From Chloroflexota bacterium (GTDB lineage: Bacteria; Chloroflexota; UBA11872; VXOZ01), in assembly GCA_963662335.2 (NCBI GenBank), contig CAXXVD010000002.1, positions 288,001 through 352,000 of the forward strand: a stretch of 64,000 bases of DNA, written 5' to 3'. Below are positions 20,061 to 27,939 of this stretch, one piece after another. Below the pieces are notes generated by a model. The model was not told where the DNA came from, searched no databases, and was given only the letters and a program-made list of their open reading frames with translations. Position numbers and translations under genes: made by a program. Every line of letters starts with the position of its first letter. Position 1 is the first letter of the stretch.

Positions 20061-21416
20061 TCAAGACGCAGGCGCATCCGCCAACGAGTCAAGCAGCGCC
20101 AGCGCCGTCGTCTCCATCGCCTGCGCCGTGCCGGGGCCGCCGATGGCCGAGCGCGAGGGCCAGGTCTCGTAGCCGCCGAGCGCCAGTTGCTCGTCGGTGG
20201 CCACGTAGCCAAGATAGTCGTTCGCCAGGCTGATGACAAACTGCGGCGCAAAGGGAGAGCCCGCCTTGATTGCGAGGCCGATCTCCACGAAGATCTCGCC
20301 CGGCAGCGCGGAAAAACCGGCCGGGCCCACCCGCAGCGCCTGAATCGATGAGGTAAGGGTCTCCGGCATTGCGTGCAGCGCCTTGATCTCGCGGGCGTAG
20401 GCCGGCGCCCAGCGCGGGTAGATCGGCTGGCCGCTCACCGCCGTAAACGGCCCTTCGGTGTAATCATAGCCGCCGTTCAGAATCTTCGCCGCGATTGCCA
20501 CGTCCGCATCGGTGGTCTGCTTCCGCGCAAACGCGAACTCTCCGACCGCCGCGCCCAGCGTTACGTGGTCGCGCATCTCCATCAGTTGGATTTCCGTCAG
20601 GGCGCGGCCCGCGAGCGCGTTCGCCATGCGCGCCGCCTGCGCGTGGCCGCGATGCGGCCAGGGCTTGAAGACGTTCGTGTTGTTGATGTTGCCGGACGCG
20701 CCATTGAAGAGCAGCCCCACCGCTTGCGGCCCAAGCAGACGCCGCACCGCCTGGAAGAAGTGCCCGAAGTAGTCGGCGGAAATCTCCGCGCCCGTATCCG
20801 TGCCCACGTAGTGCAGCGCGTAGTTTCCCAGCACGGCCAGCGGCTCGCCGGCGCAGCTTTCGACGTAGCAGAGCGCAAACTCCGGATCCGTCGGCCCGGC
20901 GGGGCGCACCACGTCCGGATTGCCGACGCCGGGATTGAAGTGCACCTGGCCGTTGCGCATGTGGTAGCGGCGGTTGAAGACCAGGCGCGGTTCCGCCACG
21001 CTCGCAAAGCCAATGCGCGCCGGCTGCAAGCGCCGCGCCGCCATCTCCACCGCGTCGGCAATCTTGCGGACGGCCCACGCCGTATAGTCGGTCTGCTCCT
21101 CCATGAAGCCCACCGTCACGGTAGCCGGCGCGGAGTGGGTGTGCGTGGCGGCGATGAGCACGTGGTCCGCCGGGATGCCACACCGCGCCGCAATGCGCTC
21201 CTTCACCGCGTCCATCATGCGGCCCGGCATCATCGTCAGGTCGCAGAGGACGAACGCGATGCGCCGCTCCCCGTCGTCCAATACCAGCGCCTTGGCCAGC
21301 AGGTCGTCGTGCACCGCGTCGGCGTGGGTTACGTCCCGGAACGCCCCGCGCATGGGAATGCCCAGCCCGGGCGTGATATTCGCCGTGGCCGCCCCCGCGT
21401 GCAGTTGCGCCGCCAT
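20061..21416 (-). CDS. Neutral/alkaline ceramidase-like metallohydrolase
   Basis: VHDDLLAKALV, ATHTHSAP, SADYFG, GASGNIN, PGEIF, GYET. Confidence 0.8.
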   Translation of the reverse strand: MAAQLHAGAATANITPGLGIPMRGAFRDVTHADAVHDDLLAKALVLDDGERRIAFVLCDLTMMPGRMMDAVKERIAARCGIPADHVLIAATHTHSAPATVTVGFMEEQTDYTAWAVRKIADAVEMAARRLQPARIGFASVAEPRLVFNRRYHMRNGQVHFNPGVGNPDVVRPAGPTDPEFALCYVESCAGEPLAVLGNYALHYVGTDTGAEISADYFGHFFQAVRRLLGPQAVGLLFNGASGNINNTNVFKPWPHRGHAQAARMANALAGRALTEIQLMEMRDHVTLGAAVGEFAFARKQTTDADVAIAAKILNGGYDYTEGPFTAVSGQPIYPRWAPAYAREIKALHAMPETLTSSIQALRVGPAGFSALPGEIFVEIGLAIKAGSPFAPQFVISLANDYLGYVATDEQLALGGYETWPSRSAIGGPGTAQAMETTALALLDSLADAPAS

Positions 21417-21579
21417 GCTGCCGCTCCTTCGCTTCTGCGCCAAACCCGCAACCGTAGACACCCGGCGCGTTCACGGCGCGCCAAGCGCAATCACCTGAGG
21501 AAGTCTACATTTAAAGGAAAGCCAAGCGAAATCCCGTATTAAGGAAAGTCAAGCGCAATCCCGCCCGCTCTCCGGCCGC

Positions 21580-22815
21580 CTACACCGCCACCCGTTGCAA
21601 CTGCCCCACGTTCCGCCGCACCTTGGCGATGCCCTCCGCGATGTCGTCCATATCGGACTTTTCCGCCAGCAGGGTGGGGTGGCCCATGGCGATACCCTCG
21701 TAGCGGGTCAGTTTCTCCGCTTCCGGGCAGTCCAGCGCGCGGAAGACGCCCGCGCCGCCGGCAATCGCGCCGGTTTCCAGATCCAGCATCGGGTTGTCGT
21801 AGATTGGGCGCGGGTGTCCGCCGGAAACCGGCACGCCCTCCGCGTGCGCCGCGTCCAGGAACGACCGCTTATCCGTGCCGAACTCTTCCGGCAAGATGCG
21901 GAACGTATAGATGTGCATCCCGTGTTGGGTCACGTCCGGCGGGATTGGCGGCGGCGCGATGCCGTCGATTTGCGCCAGCAGGCCGGAGAGGTACTTGGCG
22001 TTGCGGTTGCGCAGTTTCGTCTGTTCGTCGAACCGTTCCAGTTGTCCCAGCAGGATTGCCGCCTGGAACTCGTTCATCGGGTAGTGGCCGCCCAGTTCGT
22101 AGTGCACGTAGCCCGGCTCATCTTTGGCGCGGCCGAAGCTGGAGAGCGTATAGAGCCAGCGTTCGGCCAGTTCCGCGTTATCGGTCGTTAACATGCCGCC
22201 CTCGCCGGTGCTCATGTTCTTGCCGCCGCCCAGGCTGAACGAACTGCCGTCGCCCATCCCGCCCAGTTTGCGGCCTTTCCATTCCGCGCCGTGGGCGTGG
22301 GCCGCGTCCGTGATCAGCGCCAGGCCGTGTTTGCGCGCGATTTCCTCGAAGCGTTCCATATCCGCCGGATAGCCGCCGTAGTGCACCGGGCTGATCGCGC
22401 GGGTGCGGGGCGTAATCGCCTCTTCCGTGCGGTCGGGATCCAGGCAGAGCGACGCCGGGTCGATGTCCGCCATCACCGGCGTCGCGCCCAGGTACATGGG
22501 CGCGAAGGCCGTGGCGATGAACGTAAACGCCGGCACGATCACCTCGTCGCCCGCGCCCACGCCAAACGCCTTCAACCCGATCTCCAGGCCCGCGGTGCAA
22601 CTGGTCAGGCCGATGCCAAAGCGGGCGTCGTGATAGGCCGCGAACCGCTCCTGCGCCGCCGTCTTCATCGGCCCGTGCGCCGTGCCGCCCCATACGCGGC
22701 TCTCGAACACCGCGCGCACGTTGTCCAGTTCGGTCTCGCCGTACTGCGGCCACTTGGGCCAGGATTTCGTCCCGTCCCGCACCGGCGTGCCGCCCAGCAG
22801 GGCCAGTCGTTCCAT
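21580..22815 (-). CDS. DegT/DnrJ/EryC1/StrS PLP-dependent aminotransferase
   Basis: GDEVIVPAFTFIAT, DAAHAHGA, FSLGGGKNMSTGEGG. Confidence 0.92.
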   Translation of the reverse strand: MERLALLGGTPVRDGTKSWPKWPQYGETELDNVRAVFESRVWGGTAHGPMKTAAQERFAAYHDARFGIGLTSCTAGLEIGLKAFGVGAGDEVIVPAFTFIATAFAPMYLGATPVMADIDPASLCLDPDRTEEAITPRTRAISPVHYGGYPADMERFEEIARKHGLALITDAAHAHGAEWKGRKLGGMGDGSSFSLGGGKNMSTGEGGMLTTDNAELAERWLYTLSSFGRAKDEPGYVHYELGGHYPMNEFQAAILLGQLERFDEQTKLRNRNAKYLSGLLAQIDGIAPPPIPPDVTQHGMHIYTFRILPEEFGTDKRSFLDAAHAEGVPVSGGHPRPIYDNPMLDLETGAIAGGAGVFRALDCPEAEKLTRYEGIAMGHPTLLAEKSDMDDIAEGIAKVRRNVGQLQRVAV

Positions 22816-23013
22816 GGTGTCCGTTTCCCTTCCTTTTAATGGGGCTTCGTCCCAGTGACCGCCGTTCCGCTGCCGCTACGCCCCGATTGTATCACCATCC
22901 ACACGCGCCTAGGGTAATCGTATGCTTATGCCGCATTTGCGGTATACTGTATGGCGAATGCGAATTAGGGAATACCGCAGTCCCGCCGCAAACCGGAGCA
23001 GGAGCCGTCCGGC

Positions 23014-23256
23014 ATGATTTCAAATGAAGAGCGCCTCGCGCGCATAGAAGGCGGATACGAACACCTGGCCACCAAGGCCGACATCGGCGACGTTAAGGCC
23101 GACATCGCCGCGCTCAACGGCAGGATAGACGCCCTCGAGGCCCGCATAGACGCCGTGGTCGCCGAGTTGCGCATCCACCGCTGGGCGTTGGGCATCTCCA
23201 TTGCCTTGCAGCTTATCATCCTGGCGCGCCTCTTCGAGATCATCCCGCCGGGGTAG
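23014..23256 (+). CDS. Small coiled-coil protein with C-terminal transmembrane helix (DUF1640-like)
   Basis: HLATKADI, heptad repeats, hydrophobic C-terminus; ggag RBS. Confidence 0.65.
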   Translation: MISNEERLARIEGGYEHLATKADIGDVKADIAALNGRIDALEARIDAVVAELRIHRWALGISIALQLIILARLFEIIPPG

Positions 23257-23342
23257 CGCGCGTACCCGCACGCGCGCTACCCCGGCGCCGTTGCCGGTCA
23301 GCCTCCGCGCGATTTTTCCCGTTTTGTTTGGACAAACCCCCC

Positions 23343-23371
23343 TTGCAACCGCTTTTGCCCTTTGCTACACT
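23343..23371 (+). promoter_or_regulatory. Upstream promoter of surface-protein unit 1
   Basis: TTGCAA-17-TACACT with TG extended -10. Confidence 0.6.
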
Positions 23372-23409
23372 AATGTCCGGACTGACAAGCGCGCAGCCGC
23401 GCCTGCCCC

Positions 23410-23438
23410 TTGCGCAGCTTGGAGCAGTCTGCTACACT
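23410..23438 (+). promoter_or_regulatory. Promoter of surface-protein unit 1
   Basis: TTGCGC-17-TACACT with TG extended -10; conserved in units 2 and 3. Confidence 0.7.
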
Positions 23439-23444
23439 ACTAAG

Positions 23445-23750
23445 CAGGCTGGCGCAGCGTGCCCACTAGCGGGGACACCCTGGGCACAGCGCAAGTCAGT
23501 CAGGCTCATCTCGTATCAACATACCGTGCTATTGGCGTCAACGGTCGGATCAGCCAATTGATCGCCCTGGTCTGCCACCTGGGGAGTGTGACGTACACCC
23601 ACGATTCCCCCTCAGCGCGGGACAGTCATCTAGAAGAAGGGAGTGTATAGCTACACGCGCCGGAATAGCCCGGTATTTTGGGTGTCTCTTTCGAATGGAT
23701 CCGAACGCCCGCTAACGGTTGAACGGGCGTACAAGTGAAAGGAAAGGACT
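23445..23750 (+). promoter_or_regulatory. ~305-nt structured 5' leader, unit 1
   Basis: Highly similar to 25530-25836 with compensatory changes; contains hairpins and an internal agaagggag. Confidence 0.6.
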
Positions 23751-25301
23751 GTGAGACAATTGTCTCGTTTGGTGAGCGTGTTCCTCGCGCTCATTTTGAT
23801 GGGCGCCTCGCTGATGGTCGTGGCCGCGGATGATAAAGTTACTACGGGCGCGAATGCTGAAACTCAGGGCTTGGATCATGGCGCCAAGGTCGTCATCTCC
23901 CGCGTTGACACCACGAGCCCCGTGTATCCCGACACTAAGCTGAAGTTCCGGGTACTCATCGTGCGCAGCGGTCATGATATCCCGGGTGTGGCTGCAACGA
24001 CCCTGAAGCGCACTGGCTTGACTGGCGGCGAAGACAAGTCATATCTCATCGGCACGGATTTCTCCGAGGTCGATGATACCCGCACGACGGATAACACCGC
24101 GGACAAGACGAAAGACCTCTTTTCGGCGCGGCCGACGTTCTCCAAGGAGATCGAGTACGTGGTGCTTGGTACCGACTTGGGCGACAACGCAGCCAGCCGC
24201 ACGGTGAACATCCAGTTCACCCTCGCGTTTACCGTGGGTAGTGATGTGCACGTGGTCGAGAGCAATACGGTGCCGGTGCTGGTAGTGAAGAAGCCTAGCG
24301 AGGGCGATGGGTCGTCCGGCGTGACGATGACGTTTGCCGGCGCCGATCCTGAGGAGCGTGTCGCGGGCAAGAAGATCAAGTTCACGTTGACGGCGAGGAC
24401 CGGCAAGTACGGTCTGGGTGCTACCCAGTTGGTGGAGATCATGCGGCAGCGCTACAGCGATGCCGACACGAAGGACGGCGACCCGGTAATCGTCGACTTC
24501 CTCACCATTCCGACGCTGGGAACCAAGGCGGAAAGCGATGAGCAGTCGGTCGAGTACGTCTTGCGGCAAGAGGACATCGACGCGCACAAGGTCGAGTTCT
24601 CGGTCAAGGTCGAGATTGAGCTCGACGACATCCGCAAAGCTGACGGCACTGCCGTTCTTAAGACTGACATTCATGGGTGGACGAAAGACACGCTGGAGGG
24701 CAGTCACGTCTTCATGAGCATGCCTCCGGTGGCGGCGACGCCGAACCCGTATATCTACGAGAATGCCGCGGCGACGGTGACGGAGCTGGCGGGCGGCACG
24801 GCCGTGGAGATTATGCGGAAGGACACAGGGGCGACGATCACGTTGACGGTAGGCACGCTGAGCAGCGCTGGCGCGCTGTTGCCGCGGGACAGCGGGTACA
24901 TTCGCGACGAGAGTCGCGGGCAGACCTACGCGGTGGTGCGGCGGGCGTCGGACAACACGGTCCGGCGTGTGTGGATATCCTCGAACAGCGAGTGGGTGCC
25001 GCACGTGCCGTGGGATAACGTGATAGCGTTCTACAACGTGCCGGCGTCAGTCTTGAACGCGATACCGTTGGACGACACGATGCCTGAAGTCGACCAACTG
25101 GTAGACGCGGCAGGCACGTGGTACGTGTACCGTGATAGAGCGTGGCGGCATATACCCAATCTGTCCACGTTCCGGGCGGAAGGGTTCTACTGGTGCGACT
25201 TGACGACGGCGGACGCCAACCACGCGGCCGCATCGTCGACCGCGACGCCGCTGCCGTCCAAGGTCGGGCCTCCGGCTGCGGGCTACCCGGCGTGCAGGTA
25301 G
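23751..25301 (+). CDS. Secreted/surface protein, paralog 1 (Ig-like domains plus conserved Cys-containing C-terminal domain)
   Basis: Sec signal peptide, aaggaaagga RBS, YVLRQEDIDA motif, C-terminal GYIRDE..QTYAVVR..EGFYWCD..YPAC. Confidence 0.85.
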   Translation: MRQLSRLVSVFLALILMGASLMVVAADDKVTTGANAETQGLDHGAKVVISRVDTTSPVYPDTKLKFRVLIVRSGHDIPGVAATTLKRTGLTGGEDKSYLIGTDFSEVDDTRTTDNTADKTKDLFSARPTFSKEIEYVVLGTDLGDNAASRTVNIQFTLAFTVGSDVHVVESNTVPVLVVKKPSEGDGSSGVTMTFAGADPEERVAGKKIKFTLTARTGKYGLGATQLVEIMRQRYSDADTKDGDPVIVDFLTIPTLGTKAESDEQSVEYVLRQEDIDAHKVEFSVKVEIELDDIRKADGTAVLKTDIHGWTKDTLEGSHVFMSMPPVAATPNPYIYENAAATVTELAGGTAVEIMRKDTGATITLTVGTLSSAGALLPRDSGYIRDESRGQTYAVVRRASDNTVRRVWISSNSEWVPHVPWDNVIAFYNVPASVLNAIPLDDTMPEVDQLVDAAGTWYVYRDRAWRHIPNLSTFRAEGFYWCDLTTADANHAAASSTATPLPSKVGPPAAGYPACR

Positions 25302-25429
25302 GCAGGACGCATTGAAGCTGTATGGGCACAACACAAACCCTAGAGGTATCAGTGACCGGGAGAGCGAGAGCGTGATGACCGCACGCTAGCGTGCCCGGGG
25401 GGTCTGTACAGTCTCCTTATGCTACGGCG

Positions 25430-25470
25430 AGAGCCGGTGTCTGTGGCAGGACACCGGCTCTTGTTATTGT
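25430..25470 (+). terminator. Intrinsic terminator, unit 1
   Basis: agagccggtgtc / gacaccggctct stem followed by tgttattgt. Confidence 0.7.
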
Positions 25471-25494
25471 CTGTAGAACGGAGCGGCGCGCCCC

Positions 25495-25523
25495 TTGCAT
25501 AGCTTGGGGCAGTCTGCTACACT
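25495..25523 (+). promoter_or_regulatory. Promoter of unit 2
   Basis: TTGCAT-17-TACACT with TG extended -10. Confidence 0.7.
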
Positions 25524-25529
25524 ACTAAG

Positions 25530-25836
25530 CAGGCTGGCGCGGCGCGCGCCCACTAGCTGGGACACCATGGGCGCGGCGGCAGCCGGTCGAGTTCAATTCG
25601 TATCCACATACCGTGCTATTGGCGTCAACGGTCGGATCAGCCAATTGATCGCCCTGGTCTGCCACCTGGGGAGTGTGACGTACACCCACGATTCCCCCAC
25701 AGCGCGGGACAGTCATCTGAAGAAGGGAGTGTATAGCTACACGCGCCGGAATAGCCCGGTATTTTGGGTGTCTCTTTCGAGTGTTTGCGAACGCCCGCTA
25801 ACGGTTGAACGGGCGTACAAGTGAAAGGAAAGGACT
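25530..25836 (+). promoter_or_regulatory. Structured 5' leader, unit 2
   Basis: Paralog of 23445-23750. Confidence 0.6.
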
Positions 25837-27408
25837 GTGAGACAATTGTCTCGTTTGGTGAGCGTCTTCCTGGCGCTCATTTTGATGGGTGCCTCGCTGA
25901 TGGTCGTGGCCGCGGATGATAAAGTTACTACGGGCGCGAATGCTGAAACTCAGGGCTTGGATCATGGCGCCAAGGTTGTCATCTCTCGCGTTGACACCGA
26001 AAGCCCCGTGTATCCCGGTACTGAACTGAAGTTCCGGGTACTCATTGTGAGAAGCGGCCACGATGTTAGGGGTACCGCCGCTGCTACCTACTTGGAGCGC
26101 ACTGGTGTAACTGCCGGCACTAAGTATATCGATGGCGACGATTTCACCGAGCACAACGATGGCCGCACGACCGCTGAGGCAGATAAGACGAAAGACCTCA
26201 CCGAAAAGGCGCCGACGTTCTCCACGGAGTTCAAGTACAAGGTGAGCGACGGCGACTTGGGCGATAACGCGGCCAACCGTACGGTGGACATCCAGTTTAC
26301 TCTCACGTTTCTCGCAACCGCGATGGATGCAGATGGAAATAGAACTAACGCGGAAACGCATGCGGTCACGAGCAATACGGTGCCGGTGCTGGTAGAGAAG
26401 AAGCCTAACGAGGGCGCGGGGTCGTCCGGTGTGACGATGACGTTTGCCGGCGCCGATCCTGACGAGCTTGCCGCGGGCAAGAAGATCAAGTTCACGTTGA
26501 CGGCGAGGACCGGCAAGTACGGTCTGGGTGCTACGAAGTTGGTGGAGATCATGCGGCAGCGCTACAGCGATGCCGACACGAAGGACGGCGACCCGGTTAC
26601 CGTCAACTTCCTCACCATTCCGACGCTGGAAACCGATTCGGTAAGCAATGAGGAGTCGGTCGAGTACGTCTTGCGGCAGGAGGACATCGACGCGCACAAG
26701 GTCGAGTTCTCGGTCAAGGTCGAGATTGAGCTCGACGACATCCGCAAAGCTGACGGCACTGCCGTTCTTAAGACTGACATTCATGGGTGGACGAAAGACA
26801 CGCTGGAGGGCAGTCACGTCTTCATGAGCATGCCTCCGGTGGCGGCGACGCCGAGCCCGTATCTCTACGAGACTGACGCGGCGACGGTGATGGAGCTGGC
26901 GGGCGGCGGGGCCATCGAGCTTACCCGGAAGGACACCGGGTCGACGATTACCCTGACGCTGGGCACGCTGAGCAGCGCCGGCGCGTTGTTGCCGCGGGAC
27001 AGCGGCTACATTCGCGACGAGAGCCGCGGGCAGACCTACGCGGTGGTGCGGACGTCGGACAACACGGTACGGCGTGTGTGGATTTCCTCGAGCAGCGAGT
27101 GGGTGCCGCACGTGCCGTGGGCGAACGTGATTGCGTTCTACAACGTGCCGGCAGCGGTCTTGAACGCGATACCGTTGGACGACACGATGCCTGAAGTCGA
27201 CCAACTGGTTGCGGTGGACGGCGTGTGGTACGTGTACCGTGATCGAGCGTGGCGGCACATACCGAACCTGTCCACGTTCCGTGCGGAAGGGTTCTACTGG
27301 TGCGACTTGACGACTGCGGACAGCAGCCACGCAGCGGCATCGTCGACCGCGACGCCGCTTCCGTCCAGGGTAGGGCCTCCGGCTGAGGGCTACCCGGCGT
27401 GCAGGTAG
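25837..27408 (+). CDS. Secreted/surface protein, paralog 2
   Basis: Long blocks identical to paralog 1; first domain divergent. Confidence 0.85.
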   Translation: MRQLSRLVSVFLALILMGASLMVVAADDKVTTGANAETQGLDHGAKVVISRVDTESPVYPGTELKFRVLIVRSGHDVRGTAAATYLERTGVTAGTKYIDGDDFTEHNDGRTTAEADKTKDLTEKAPTFSTEFKYKVSDGDLGDNAANRTVDIQFTLTFLATAMDADGNRTNAETHAVTSNTVPVLVEKKPNEGAGSSGVTMTFAGADPDELAAGKKIKFTLTARTGKYGLGATKLVEIMRQRYSDADTKDGDPVTVNFLTIPTLETDSVSNEESVEYVLRQEDIDAHKVEFSVKVEIELDDIRKADGTAVLKTDIHGWTKDTLEGSHVFMSMPPVAATPSPYLYETDAATVMELAGGGAIELTRKDTGSTITLTLGTLSSAGALLPRDSGYIRDESRGQTYAVVRTSDNTVRRVWISSSSEWVPHVPWANVIAFYNVPAAVLNAIPLDDTMPEVDQLVAVDGVWYVYRDRAWRHIPNLSTFRAEGFYWCDLTTADSSHAAASSTATPLPSRVGPPAEGYPACR

Positions 27409-27537
27409 GGAAGGACGCATTGAAGCTGTATGGGCGCATCACAGACCATAGAGGTATCAGTGACCGGGAGAGCGAGAGCGTGATGACCGCACGCTAGCGT
27501 GCCCGGGGGGTCTGTACAGTCTCCTTATGCTACGGCG

Positions 27538-27578
27538 AGAGCCGGTGTCTGTGGCAGGACACCGGCTCTTGTTATTGT
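27538..27578 (+). terminator. Intrinsic terminator, unit 2
   Basis: Identical to the unit 1 terminator. Confidence 0.7.
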
Positions 27579-27602
27579 CTTTGGAACGGCGGGGCGCGCC
27601 CC

Positions 27603-27631
27603 TTGCAGCGCGGGTAGCGCTCTGCTACACT
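27603..27631 (+). promoter_or_regulatory. Promoter of unit 3
   Basis: TTGCAG-17-TACACT with TG extended -10. Confidence 0.65.
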
Positions 27632-27939
27632 TTTAACGAAGACCGACCAGCGTACACCCCACTGCTGAGCGGCGCGGATAGCGCGGGGGCGCCATGAAGG
27701 CCAACGAGACGTGTTCTGCATTGGCGTGCCGCGCTCCTGGCGCCACCGGCCAGGTCGGTAGCGATTTCCCCTAAGCCGCCCGAGACTGCGACGCATACTG
27801 ATGATTCCGCCTCAGCGCGGGATAGCCTCCAAGAAGGGAGCGCGTCTGCCCACCGAAACCGCCCGGAATTGTGTCTCTCTTTCCAGCTTTTGCCAGCCGC
27901 TTCACGGAAGCGGACGGTCTAGTGAAAGGATAAGGAACT

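Noticed and set aside
23445-23750. c-di-AMP (ydaO) or another known riboswitch in the surface-protein leader
   Set aside because: I could not find the conserved motifs in the right order by eye; left as an unknown structured leader pending an Rfam search.
23751-27408. Diversity-generating retroelement explaining paralog variation
   Set aside because: No reverse transcriptase in the window; differences include indels and are not adenine-specific.
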